This document shows positions 11,761 to 20,430 of a stretch of DNA of 64,000 nt, one piece after another. Each line of letters starts with the position of its first letter. Within the stretch, counting starts at the first letter, position 1. The notes beneath the pieces were generated by a model. It did not search any database. It saw only the letters and a program-made list of their open reading frames with translations, and was not told the origin of the DNA. The translations under genes and the position numbers were made by a program. The stretch comes from Clostridia bacterium (GTDB taxonomy: Bacteria; Bacillota; TC1; JBAXCZ01), in assembly GCA_037141195.1 (NCBI GenBank), contig JBAXCZ010000008.1, positions 2,525-66,524 of the forward strand, read 5' to 3'.

Positions 11761-13950
11761 ATGTTAGAAAACTTATTAGCAACGGTAAAGCGCTATAACC
11801 CAGATGCAGATTTAGGGTTGATAGAAAGAGCATTTGCCTTAGCAGAAAAATCTCATAAAGGACAATTGCGCAAGTCTGGAGAAAAATATATTACGCACCC
11901 TTTGGCTGTAGCAGAAATACTAGCAGAAATTGAGCTGGATGCTACCACCGTTGCTAGTGCGCTTTTGCATGATGTGGTGGAGGATACTGAAGTTACCTTA
12001 GCAGAAGTGTCCAAACTTTTTGGTGAAGATGTTGCGAAGCTTGTAGATGGTGTGACAAAGCTCGAAAAAATTGATTTCATTAATCGTGAAGACCAACAAG
12101 TTGAAACTATCCGAAAAATGCTTTTAGCAATGGCAAAGGATGTACGGGTAATTCTTATTAAATTAGCCGACCGCTTGCATAATATGCGGACATTAAAACA
12201 TATGCGGCCAGAAAAACAATATCAAATTGCTAAAGAAACCTTAGAAATCTATGCTCCACTGGCCCATCGTTTAGGCATATTTAAGATTAAATGGGAGTTA
12301 GAGGATTTATCCTTACGCTATATTGATCCAGAAAAATACTATGAGTTAGTTGCTAAAATAGATAAAAAACTTCAAGAGCGTGAAGCATATATTGAAGATG
12401 TAATAGGTGTGTTAGAGCCTGAATTAAGGGCTTTTGAGATATATGCAGATATTCAAGGTCGGCCCAAACATTTTTATAGTATATATAACAAAATGATTAA
12501 ACAGGGCAAAGAAATTAGTGAGATTTTTGATTTGATGGCAGTGCGTATTATTGTGGATTCAGTCAAAGATTGCTATGCTGCTTTAGGGATAGTGCATACA
12601 CTTTGGAAACCTATTCCTGGTCGCTTCAAAGATTATATTGCTATGCCAAAAACAAATCTTTATCAGTCACTGCACACAAGTGTCATGGGGCCAGATGGAG
12701 AGCCTTTTGAGATTCAAATAAGAACTTGGGAAATGCATAGGATTTCTGAGTATGGAATTGCAGCTCACTGGCGTTATAAAGAGGGTAGTATTAGTAAAGA
12801 TGACAATATCGATGAAAAATTTACCTGGATGCGTCAAATTCTTGATTTGCAAAGAGAAACAAGAGATGCTAAGGAATATGTAGATACAATTAAAACTGAT
12901 TTATTCTCCGATAGAGTATATATCTTTACACCTAAGGGAGAAGTTTTAGAATTAGGCGTCGGAGCAACAACTATTGATTTTGCCTACCGAATTCATACAG
13001 ACATTGGGCACCGCTGCATTGGTGGCAAAGTGAATGGGAAGATTGAACCACTAGATTACGAATTGAAAAACGGAGATATAGTAGAAATTGTCACTTCAAA
13101 AATCGCTCATCCCAAACAGGATTGGCTAAATATTGTTAAAACATCTCATGCTAAAAGCTGTATTAAAGCCTGGTATAAAAAAGAAGCTAGAGCAGACAAT
13201 CTTAAAAATGGCAAAGAGATGCTAGAGAAAGAAATTAAGAAACAGCATATGCAACTTGCAGGTAGTGAAAAAGAGCTTTTAGAAAAATGCCTGCCTTTAC
13301 TCAAATTCCAACAATTAGATGAACTGTATGTAGCTATTGGTGATAGCCGTGTTTCTAGCCTGCAGGTAATTTCTAAGCTGAATGAGCTACTAGAACCAAA
13401 AAAAGAAGTTAAACTAGAGCAGGCATTTGAAAATAAATGGGAAGAATTCGGCAAGCCTTGTCAAGGAGTCAGAGTGAAGGGAATTGATAATATTCTAATC
13501 AGACTATCCCAATGCTGTACACCTATCCCAGGCGATGAGATTGTGGGGTATATTACTAGAAATAGAGGAGTTTCAGTTCACCGTAAGGATTGTAGCAATA
13601 TAGTTAGCTTAAGCTCCGAAGAAAAAATGCGGCTAATAGAAGTAGCATGGGATATGAATACAAAAGCAAAATATTTCATTGAGCTGGTAGTAGAAGCAAT
13701 AGATCGTCAAGGATTAGCAGCAGAAATCTTCACGGCTATATCCGAAACTCACGCCAATATCTATTCCTTAAATCTGGGACAACCCAAAAGCGGGAAAGTG
13801 ATTTTTACCATGAAAGTAGAAATTTCCGATGAAATTCATTACAATCAAATCATTAATCGCGTGCTGAAAGTACGAGATGTCTTAGAAGTGTATCGTGGTA
13901 CACCGAAGGTTAAGGGAGAACAGGATGAGAGCAGTAGTACAAAGAGTTAA
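11761..13950 (+). CDS. relA: Bifunctional (p)ppGpp synthetase/hydrolase (Rel)
   Basis: HD motif (LLHDVVED), KLADRLHNMRT, GRPKHFYSI, YQSLHT, TGS and ACT domains. Confidence 0.96.
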   Translation: MLENLLATVKRYNPDADLGLIERAFALAEKSHKGQLRKSGEKYITHPLAVAEILAEIELDATTVASALLHDVVEDTEVTLAEVSKLFGEDVAKLVDGVTKLEKIDFINREDQQVETIRKMLLAMAKDVRVILIKLADRLHNMRTLKHMRPEKQYQIAKETLEIYAPLAHRLGIFKIKWELEDLSLRYIDPEKYYELVAKIDKKLQEREAYIEDVIGVLEPELRAFEIYADIQGRPKHFYSIYNKMIKQGKEISEIFDLMAVRIIVDSVKDCYAALGIVHTLWKPIPGRFKDYIAMPKTNLYQSLHTSVMGPDGEPFEIQIRTWEMHRISEYGIAAHWRYKEGSISKDDNIDEKFTWMRQILDLQRETRDAKEYVDTIKTDLFSDRVYIFTPKGEVLELGVGATTIDFAYRIHTDIGHRCIGGKVNGKIEPLDYELKNGDIVEIVTSKIAHPKQDWLNIVKTSHAKSCIKAWYKKEARADNLKNGKEMLEKEIKKQHMQLAGSEKELLEKCLPLLKFQQLDELYVAIGDSRVSSLQVISKLNELLEPKKEVKLEQAFENKWEEFGKPCQGVRVKGIDNILIRLSQCCTPIPGDEIVGYITRNRGVSVHRKDCSNIVSLSSEEKMRLIEVAWDMNTKAKYFIELVVEAIDRQGLAAEIFTAISETHANIYSLNLGQPKSGKVIFTMKVEISDEIHYNQIINRVLKVRDVLEVYRGTPKVKGEQDESSSTKS

Positions 13951-14374
13951 AAGTGCTAGCGTAGCAGTAGCAGATGAACAGCTAAGCAGAATACAACAGG
14001 GCCTATTAGTACTAGTTGGTATCGGAATAGAGGATACCAAACAAGATGCAGACTATATCTTGCAAAAAATTCTTAACTTGCGGATATTTGAAGATGAAGC
14101 GGCTAAGTTGAATCTCTCTTTGCAAGATATAAAGGGAGAGCTAATGCTCATTTCTCAGTTTACACTTTATGGAGATTGTCGTAATGGCAGAAGACCAAGT
14201 TTTATCAGTGCAGCTAGGCCAGAAGTAGCAGAAGAGCTCTATGAATACCTGCTAGAGCAAGCATCCCAACTTGGAATATCAGTTGCCAAAGGTAAATTCC
14301 AAGCAAATATGCAAGTGAGTTTAATCAATGATGGACCAGTAACAATTTTAATAGATAGTAAGAAAAGTTTTTGA
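13925..14374 (+). CDS. dtd: D-aminoacyl-tRNA deacylase
   Basis: MRAVVQRV, SQFTL and NDGPVT. Confidence 0.96.
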   Translation: MRAVVQRVKSASVAVADEQLSRIQQGLLVLVGIGIEDTKQDADYILQKILNLRIFEDEAAKLNLSLQDIKGELMLISQFTLYGDCRNGRRPSFISAARPEVAEELYEYLLEQASQLGISVAKGKFQANMQVSLINDGPVTILIDSKKSF

Positions 14375-14392
14375 TAAAGGATGGGAAAATAG

Positions 14393-15019
14393 ATGAAATT
14401 CAAGTGTATAAAAACAGGGGAAATCATGGCGAATTGTTATATTTTGGGCTGCGAAACAACTGGAGAAGCAATTATTATAGATCCTGGTTTTGGTTCAGAG
14501 GAAATTGAGCGTTTTATCGCAGAAGAAGAGCTAAAGCCAATTTGCCTGTTAAACACCCATGGACATGTAGATCACATGGTAGCTAATGAGTATTACAAGG
14601 ATAAATATAAAATTCCTTTAACAATTCATCAAGGTGATGAAGATTTTTTAACTGATCCAGCTAAAAATCTTTCTATCCATTTTGGTGAAGGGGTAGTAAG
14701 TCCACCAGCAGACCATTTTTTGCAGGATGGGGACGAAATGAAAATTGGTACTATCAAGCTCAGAGTATTGCATACTCCTGGGCATACACCAGGCTGTGTT
14801 TGTTTAGTTGGAGATACCTTTGTACTTACAGGTGATACCTTGTTTCCTGGCTCTGTGGGTCGCACAGATTTTCCGGCAAGCTCAAATGAAGCAATGCAAA
14901 ATTCCTTACGCAAACTGTTACAGTTAGAGGATAGTCTGATTGTTTACCCAGGACATGGTAATGCTACCACCATTGGGAGAGAGCGAGTTCATAACCCTTT
15001 CTTGAAAAAATTGACATAA
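14393..15019 (+). CDS. MBL-fold metallo-hydrolase (glyoxalase II-like)
   Basis: THGHVDH, HTPGHTPG, TGDTLF and YPGHG. Confidence 0.9.
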   Translation: MKFKCIKTGEIMANCYILGCETTGEAIIIDPGFGSEEIERFIAEEELKPICLLNTHGHVDHMVANEYYKDKYKIPLTIHQGDEDFLTDPAKNLSIHFGEGVVSPPADHFLQDGDEMKIGTIKLRVLHTPGHTPGCVCLVGDTFVLTGDTLFPGSVGRTDFPASSNEAMQNSLRKLLQLEDSLIVYPGHGNATTIGRERVHNPFLKKLT

Positions 15020-15039
15020 AAGAGGGTATTAGGTACAAT
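15011..15039 (+). promoter_or_regulatory. sigma-A promoter of hisS-aspS
   Basis: TTGACA-N17-TACAAT, 44 nt upstream of hisS start. Confidence 0.7.
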
Positions 15040-15083
15040 AGCTGGGGTAAGCTACAAGAAATGTAGCAAAGGAGTGTGAAAAA

Positions 15084-16349
15084 TTGTTAACAACCAAGCC
15101 GCGAGGCACGAATGATATTTTACCAAGCAAGATTGAAAAATGGCATTTTATCGAGCAAACAATCCAAGAACTATGTGCATTATACCTCTACCAAGAGATT
15201 AGGACGCCTATTTTCGAACATACAGAGCTTTTTTTACGGGGTGTAGGTAAGACTACAGATATAGTAGATAAAGAAATGTATACCTTTCTTGATAAGGGTG
15301 AACGCAGCCTGAGCCTAAGACCAGAGGGAACAGCAGCAGTAGTTAGAGCATATATTGAAAATAAAATGCAAGCTAATCCACAACCGACGAAGCTTTATTA
15401 CCTAGGGCCAATGTTTCGCTATAGTAGACCTGCAGCAGGCAGGTATCGACAGTTTCATCAGTTCGGAGTTGAGGTTTTTGGCTCACAGGAGCCAGCAATG
15501 GATGCAGATGTAATTGCCTTCTGTATGAATATTTTCAAAAAACTAGGCTTGAAGAACTTGGCATTACACATTAATAGTGTAGGTTGTGAAAAATGCAGAC
15601 CAGTACATAAAGAAAAACTCATATCCTACCTTGAGAAAAATTTTGCAGAATTATGCACAACCTGCCAAGAGCGATTTGCAACTAACCCACTGCGAATTTT
15701 TGACTGTAAAAATGAGCACTGTCAGGAACTAATTGAAAATGCTCCAACAATTACTCAGTGTCTTTGTGAGGAGTGTGACAATCATCTCCAGCAGGTAGAA
15801 AAATATTTACGCGCCATTGGTTTAGAATATATCTTAGATGAACACTTAGTAAGAGGCTTAGATTATTATACTAAGACAGCTTTCGAAATTATAGTAGAGG
15901 GTATCGGAGCTGGCAGCTCAATTGGCGGAGGAGGTCGTTATGACCGTTTAGTAGAAGAATGCGGTGGCACAGACACCCCCGGTATTGGTTTTGCTATAGG
16001 TTTAGAACGAGTGATCTTAGCGCTAGAAGAGCAAAATATTAGTATTCCTAGTAAGAAAACAAGCAAGGTCTTTGTCATAAATATGGGAGATGAACAAGCA
16101 GAAATAGCTTTTCTCTTACTTGCTAAGTTGCGAGCAGCAGGTATTGTAGCAGATAAAGATTTTCTTGCACGTAGCTTTAAAAATCAAATGAAGTATGCTA
16201 ATAAGCACGAATTTACCTATGTTATTATCATCGGTGAAACAGAAATAGAAACTGGTAACGTACCAATAAAAAATATGATTACAGGTACACAAACTATAGT
16301 TGCCATAATAGATGTGGTAGAATACCTCACAAGGTTAGAAGGAGAATAA
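15084..16349 (+). CDS. hisS: Histidine--tRNA ligase
   Basis: PRGTND, LRPEGTA, GRYRQFHQ, LVRGLDYY and GGGRYD. Confidence 0.97.
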   Translation: MLTTKPRGTNDILPSKIEKWHFIEQTIQELCALYLYQEIRTPIFEHTELFLRGVGKTTDIVDKEMYTFLDKGERSLSLRPEGTAAVVRAYIENKMQANPQPTKLYYLGPMFRYSRPAAGRYRQFHQFGVEVFGSQEPAMDADVIAFCMNIFKKLGLKNLALHINSVGCEKCRPVHKEKLISYLEKNFAELCTTCQERFATNPLRIFDCKNEHCQELIENAPTITQCLCEECDNHLQQVEKYLRAIGLEYILDEHLVRGLDYYTKTAFEIIVEGIGAGSSIGGGGRYDRLVEECGGTDTPGIGFAIGLERVILALEEQNISIPSKKTSKVFVINMGDEQAEIAFLLLAKLRAAGIVADKDFLARSFKNQMKYANKHEFTYVIIIGETEIETGNVPIKNMITGTQTIVAIIDVVEYLTRLEGE

Positions 16350-16355
16350 AAGCAG

Positions 16356-18158
16356 ATGGAATATTTGGAAAGTATGGAAGGAATGCAGCGAACTAATCGT
16401 TGTGCAGAGTTATCATTAGCAGATACAGGAAAAACCGTTACCCTCATGGGCTGGGTAAATAAAAGGCGGGACCATGGTAGCTTAATTTTTATCGATTTGC
16501 GAGATCGTACAGGTATAGTTCAAGTAGTTATGGATATTGATGCAAACAAAGATTTTTTTCATAAAGCAGAGCAAGTACGTAGTGAATATGTAATTGCTAT
16601 AACAGGCATAGTAGCAGCAAGAGCTGAGGCTGCAGTTAACCCTAATATTTTGACTGGTCAAATTGAAATTAATACGAGCGAATTTAGAATTCTCAGTAGA
16701 GCTAAAACGCCTCCCTTTATCATCTCAGATGAGAGTGATGTAGATGAAAATGTGCGCTTAAAATATCGCTATCTAGATTTGCGTAGACCAGCAATGCAAA
16801 GATCGTTGATGCTTCGTAGTCAAGTTACCAAAGCAATGCGTGATTTCTTAGCAGAAAATGGTTTTCTCGAAATAGAAACACCAATACTTACCAAGAGTTC
16901 GCCGGAAGGTGCGAGAGATTATCTCGTGCCTAGTCGTGTTCATCCTGGTGAGTTTTATGCACTTCCACAATCACCCCAAATTTTCAAACAAATATTGATG
17001 GTTGCTGGAATGGATCGCTATTATCAAATTGCTCGCTGCTTCCGTGATGAAGATTTACGAGCAGATCGCCAACCAGAATTTACCCAGCTAGATATGGAAT
17101 TATCCTTTGTTACACAAGAAGAAATTATTTTGTTAATGGAAGATATGATGCGTTATCTTTTTCAAACAACTTTAGCGAAAACATTACCAGCTAAATTTAA
17201 ACGCATAACCTATGCAGAATCTATGGAAAAATATGGCAACGACCATCCTGATTTGCGCTTCGGATTAGAAATGGTAAATATTGAGCCATGCCTCAAGTCT
17301 TGCGAGTTTAAGGTGTTTGCAAATGTTTTAGCAAGTGGAGGGCAAATTAAGGCTATCAATGCTAAAGGCTGTCTGAGCTTTACTCGTCGTGAAATAGATG
17401 AACTAACTGCTTTTGTAGCTAATTTTGGCGCCAAAGGCTTAGCATATATCCAAGTGACAGCCGAAGGCTTGAAATCTCCAATCGCCAAGTTTCTAAAGCC
17501 TGAGGAGCTACAAGCAATAGCAACAAGTCTTCAAGCAGAAACTGGAGATTTACTCTTCTTTGTAGCAGACAAGCCAAGCATTGTAGCAGATGCCTTAGGG
17601 CGCTTAAGGATAGAAATAGCTAAACGTCAAGGTCTAATAGATGCAAACGAGCTTAATTTTGTCTGGATAACCGAGTTTCCATTATTTGAATATGATGCAG
17701 TGGAAAAACGCTATGTAGCAATTCACCATATGTTTACAGCACCAATGGATGAAGATTTAGCGCTTTTAGAAAAGGATCCACTCTTAGTTCGGGCAAAAGC
17801 TTATGACCTAGTCTTAAACGGAACAGAATTGGGTGGAGGAAGTATCCGTATACACCAACAACCAATGCAAAAGAAAATCTTTGATTTAATTGGTTTTTCT
17901 GATGAAGAGGCAAAAGAAAAATTTGGTTATATGTTAGAAGCCTTTGAGTTTGGAGCACCACCTCACGGTGGGCTAGCTTTTGGACTAGACCGTATAATCA
18001 TGTTGATGACAGGAGCCGAGAGTATTCGTGATGTTATCGCCTTTCCTAAAACACAAAGTGCCAGCTGCTTAATGACAGATGCTCCTTCTCCAGTAATCGA
18101 GAAGCAATTAAATGAACTATTTATCAAAACTAACCTACCAGTAAAGAACAATAAATAA
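16356..18158 (+). CDS. aspS: Aspartate--tRNA ligase
   Basis: FIDLRDR, ALPQSPQ, CFRDEDLRADRQPEFTQ and GAPPHGG; RDHG (His) suggests the non-discriminating type. Confidence 0.97.
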   Translation: MEYLESMEGMQRTNRCAELSLADTGKTVTLMGWVNKRRDHGSLIFIDLRDRTGIVQVVMDIDANKDFFHKAEQVRSEYVIAITGIVAARAEAAVNPNILTGQIEINTSEFRILSRAKTPPFIISDESDVDENVRLKYRYLDLRRPAMQRSLMLRSQVTKAMRDFLAENGFLEIETPILTKSSPEGARDYLVPSRVHPGEFYALPQSPQIFKQILMVAGMDRYYQIARCFRDEDLRADRQPEFTQLDMELSFVTQEEIILLMEDMMRYLFQTTLAKTLPAKFKRITYAESMEKYGNDHPDLRFGLEMVNIEPCLKSCEFKVFANVLASGGQIKAINAKGCLSFTRREIDELTAFVANFGAKGLAYIQVTAEGLKSPIAKFLKPEELQAIATSLQAETGDLLFFVADKPSIVADALGRLRIEIAKRQGLIDANELNFVWITEFPLFEYDAVEKRYVAIHHMFTAPMDEDLALLEKDPLLVRAKAYDLVLNGTELGGGSIRIHQQPMQKKIFDLIGFSDEEAKEKFGYMLEAFEFGAPPHGGLAFGLDRIIMLMTGAESIRDVIAFPKTQSASCLMTDAPSPVIEKQLNELFIKTNLPVKNNK

Positions 18159-18159
18159 G

Positions 18160-18882
18160 ATGAACAACAAAGCATTGTGGACTGATCGCACTGAACTATT
18201 AGTGGGTAAGAGTGGGTTGGAAAAATTGCAAGAGGCAACAGTGGCAATTTTTGGTATTGGCGGCGTAGGCTCCTATGTAGCAGAAGCCCTTTGTCGGAGC
18301 GGTGTTGGAAAATTTGTGCTAGTTGATTTTGATATTATTTCACTAACCAATATCAATAGACAGCTTCATGCTTTGCATTCTACAGTAGGAGCAGCAAAGG
18401 TAGATGTGATGCGAGCTAGGATGTTAGATATTAATCCAGCAGTAGAGATACAAGCTATCTCAGCAAGGTATGAAGCACTAAACAGCGCTGAATTTTTTGC
18501 TGAAGATTATAGCTATATAGCAGATTGTATCGATATTATCAGCAGTAAAGTGCATCTAATAATCACAGCAAAACAGAAAAACATACCCATTATTTCAGCT
18601 ATGGGAGCTGGAAATCAGTTAGACCCAACAAGCTTTCAAATTGCAGATATCAGTAAAACATTTGGCTGCCCGTTGGCAAGAGTAGTTCGCAAGGAGCTAA
18701 AAGCAGCAGGAATTAGCAAGGGTGTTGAGGTAGTTTTTTCAGGCAAAGAACGAAATAATGTGACAACTATCACCGATGACTCTGCTCCGGGTAGGAATAT
18801 GCCTGGAAGCATAGCCTTTGTGCCAGCAGTAGTAGGACTTTACATGGCTGGATTTATTGCAAATCAGATCTTGAAAGCATAG
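18160..18882 (+). CDS. tcdA: tRNA threonylcarbamoyladenosine dehydratase (ThiF family)
   Basis: GIGGVGS, TNINRQ, SAMGAG, CPLARVVRK and GSIAFVP; after aspS as in Bacillota. Confidence 0.88.
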   Translation: MNNKALWTDRTELLVGKSGLEKLQEATVAIFGIGGVGSYVAEALCRSGVGKFVLVDFDIISLTNINRQLHALHSTVGAAKVDVMRARMLDINPAVEIQAISARYEALNSAEFFAEDYSYIADCIDIISSKVHLIITAKQKNIPIISAMGAGNQLDPTSFQIADISKTFGCPLARVVRKELKAAGISKGVEVVFSGKERNNVTTITDDSAPGRNMPGSIAFVPAVVGLYMAGFIANQILKA

Positions 18883-18891
18883 GGAAATAAG

Positions 18892-19542
18892 ATGGAATAT
18901 GGTAAGACAGTAATCGTAGATATTGTTCAGCATCAGCAACTAGCAAGTAGATTAGCAGAGTTAGGATTAGATTCAGCATTTTTTGATGAAATATTCTGGC
19001 TTGCAGGTCAAAGCGCAGCCTGGCAAAAAAAATGGCGGGAAAGCATCTGTCTGCCGAGCTTTATCCCTAGCTTTTCCTTACAGGAGGGAGAACTGTATGC
19101 TTTAGGTCTGGTAAAAAAATCTATTTTTGCCAAAGATTCTGAGCTCTTCTTTTTGGTTGGATTAGAGCAGACAATTATTGTCATGCATAATAAAAAATCA
19201 GAGCTTTTACACCTGCCTGTTTTAGCTGAGCTTGCCAGTTATGCTTTTGCGGGAGGCAAAGCAAGTGATCCTTGTGCTGGAGCAGTCAGTGCTATAAAGA
19301 AAACTCTCTTTAAGGAAGAAATATCTCAATCTCAACTAACACAGATTTACCAGAATGGTTTAATAGCAGAAAATTTACAACAAAAATTAAACTTTTTTGG
19401 AAAAATAATCACAGAATATACAGAGATGAACCTTGTAGCAGCAAGTATTAAAGATATTAAAGGCTTTAGCTTAGCTCTGAATAAAAGAGCAGATGGACAG
19501 TGCTTTGCCATGCTTTTTGCCAAGGATAACCAAAATGCTTGA
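18892..19542 (+). CDS. Hypothetical protein (weak resemblance to RACo/ASKHA middle region)
   Basis: 216-aa ORF 9 nt after tcdA, co-oriented; function uncertain. Confidence 0.6.
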   Translation: MEYGKTVIVDIVQHQQLASRLAELGLDSAFFDEIFWLAGQSAAWQKKWRESICLPSFIPSFSLQEGELYALGLVKKSIFAKDSELFFLVGLEQTIIVMHNKKSELLHLPVLAELASYAFAGGKASDPCAGAVSAIKKTLFKEEISQSQLTQIYQNGLIAENLQQKLNFFGKIITEYTEMNLVAASIKDIKGFSLALNKRADGQCFAMLFAKDNQNA

Positions 19543-19648
19543 CTAATAACTATCTTTAGCTGATTACGCTAAACTATAGCAAGAAAAACTTGTTTTTTAC
19601 CTAAATATGTTTTTGAAGAAGATTACCAAAATATATTTTTAAATACTA

Positions 19649-19677
19649 TTGACGAATTTTTATAGATATGAGATAAT
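19649..19677 (+). promoter_or_regulatory. sigma-A promoter P1 upstream of c-di-GMP-I riboswitch
   Basis: TTGACG-N17-GATAAT with TG extension. Confidence 0.6.
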
Positions 19678-19711
19678 CTAAACAAATAAATATAAGTATG
19701 TGAAATATTAA

Positions 19712-19792
19712 GACAAAGGCAAACTTGTTGAAAAGCAAGGACGCAAAGCCAAGGATCTAAGGTTGCAAAACTATGATAGCCGGCTACCGAAA
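19712..19792 (+). promoter_or_regulatory. c-di-GMP-I (GEMM) riboswitch aptamer
   Basis: AAAGGCAAAC-TTGTT-GAAA-AGCAAG-GACGCAAAGCC...TCTAAG...TATGATAGCCGGCTACCGA. G at the position equivalent to G20 favours c-di-GMP over cGAMP. Confidence 0.92.
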
Positions 19793-19814
19793 CTGTTTCA
19801 TTATGTAAGTAATG

Positions 19815-19859
19815 AGAAGCTCTCTTTGGTAGCCAAAGTGGTGCTTCTTTTTGGTTTTT
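19815..19859 (+). terminator. Expression-platform terminator of the c-di-GMP-I riboswitch
   Basis: AGAAGC..CTTTGG-TAG-CCAAAG..GCTTCT + T-run. TTTGGTAGCC (19825-34) can alternatively pair with aptamer GGCTACCGAA (19782-91). Confidence 0.7.
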
Positions 19860-19944
19860 AATCAGGATTAAGTGCTTATGGAAACAAATATGAGTACACT
19901 GGTACTGATTTCTTGAAAAACAGATATATATCTTGGGAAATCCG

Positions 19945-19973
19945 TTGACATTGCAAATAAAAGAGCATAGAAT
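19945..19973 (+). promoter_or_regulatory. sigma-A promoter P2
   Basis: TTGACA-N17-TAGAAT. Confidence 0.6.
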
Positions 19974-20179
19974 AACGAATCATAAGCTATTGTTATAAAG
20001 AAAAATTAATCATAATAGTAGTGATTCACAATTTGCTAAATAGAAAAACATTGGCGATTTTGCAAATTTAAGCCAATTAAGTTTTAAGTTGAATTATGGG
20101 GATAAATCAGATATTCACTTTTTATGTGGTCTGAAGAAGCTATGTTGTTTGATATTAATCGATACATGCACTAAATCCA

Positions 20180-20208
20180 TTGAAAGTAGTGTTATCAAGT
20201 GCTATAAT
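20180..20208 (+). promoter_or_regulatory. sigma-A promoter P3 upstream of c-di-GMP-II riboswitch / pil operon
   Basis: TTGAAA-N17-TATAAT with TG extension. Confidence 0.7.
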
Positions 20209-20237
20209 TTAAAAAGGGAAAAAAATTAAACAAAAAT

Positions 20238-20333
20238 TTTGGAGGTGCAGATACCTTAGACGTCAATTTGGACGCTTAGTCTATGGAGGAGCCAGTAGCG
20301 TAACCGGCCATCCATGGTTAGGTGCGCTTTTTT
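20238..20333 (+). promoter_or_regulatory. c-di-GMP-II riboswitch with overlapping terminator
   Basis: GG..GA kink-turn region, TAGAC/GTCTA stem, pseudoknot ACGC/GCGT (compensatory variant of the usual GCAC/GTGC), GAGCCAGTAGCGTAACCGGCC 3' motif. Hairpin 20297-20328 + T-run overlaps the aptamer 3' end. Confidence 0.8.
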
Positions 20334-20430
20334 AGCATTTAAAATCAGCAGTTAGTACCACATTAAGCAACGGATGCTTAAAGTATCTTAATAATTCATT
20401 AGCAAATTGGAGCATAAAGGCGGAATAGAC

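Noticed and set aside
18150-18170. 6S RNA, often found between aspS and tcdA/yrvM
   Set aside because: The genes are 1 nt apart; no 6S-like rod recognised here or in 19543-20430.
19540-19563. Selenocysteine read-through at TGA-terminated ORFs (e.g. 19542, 25338, 27438, 28619)
   Set aside because: No redox motif context; the extension after 19542 is only 6 codons, and the others are ordinary pil operon junctions.
19878-19916. 12-codon ORF (METNMSTLVLIS) as target of the class I riboswitch
   Set aside because: Weak RBS, very short and no recognisable features; cannot be supported without ribosome profiling.
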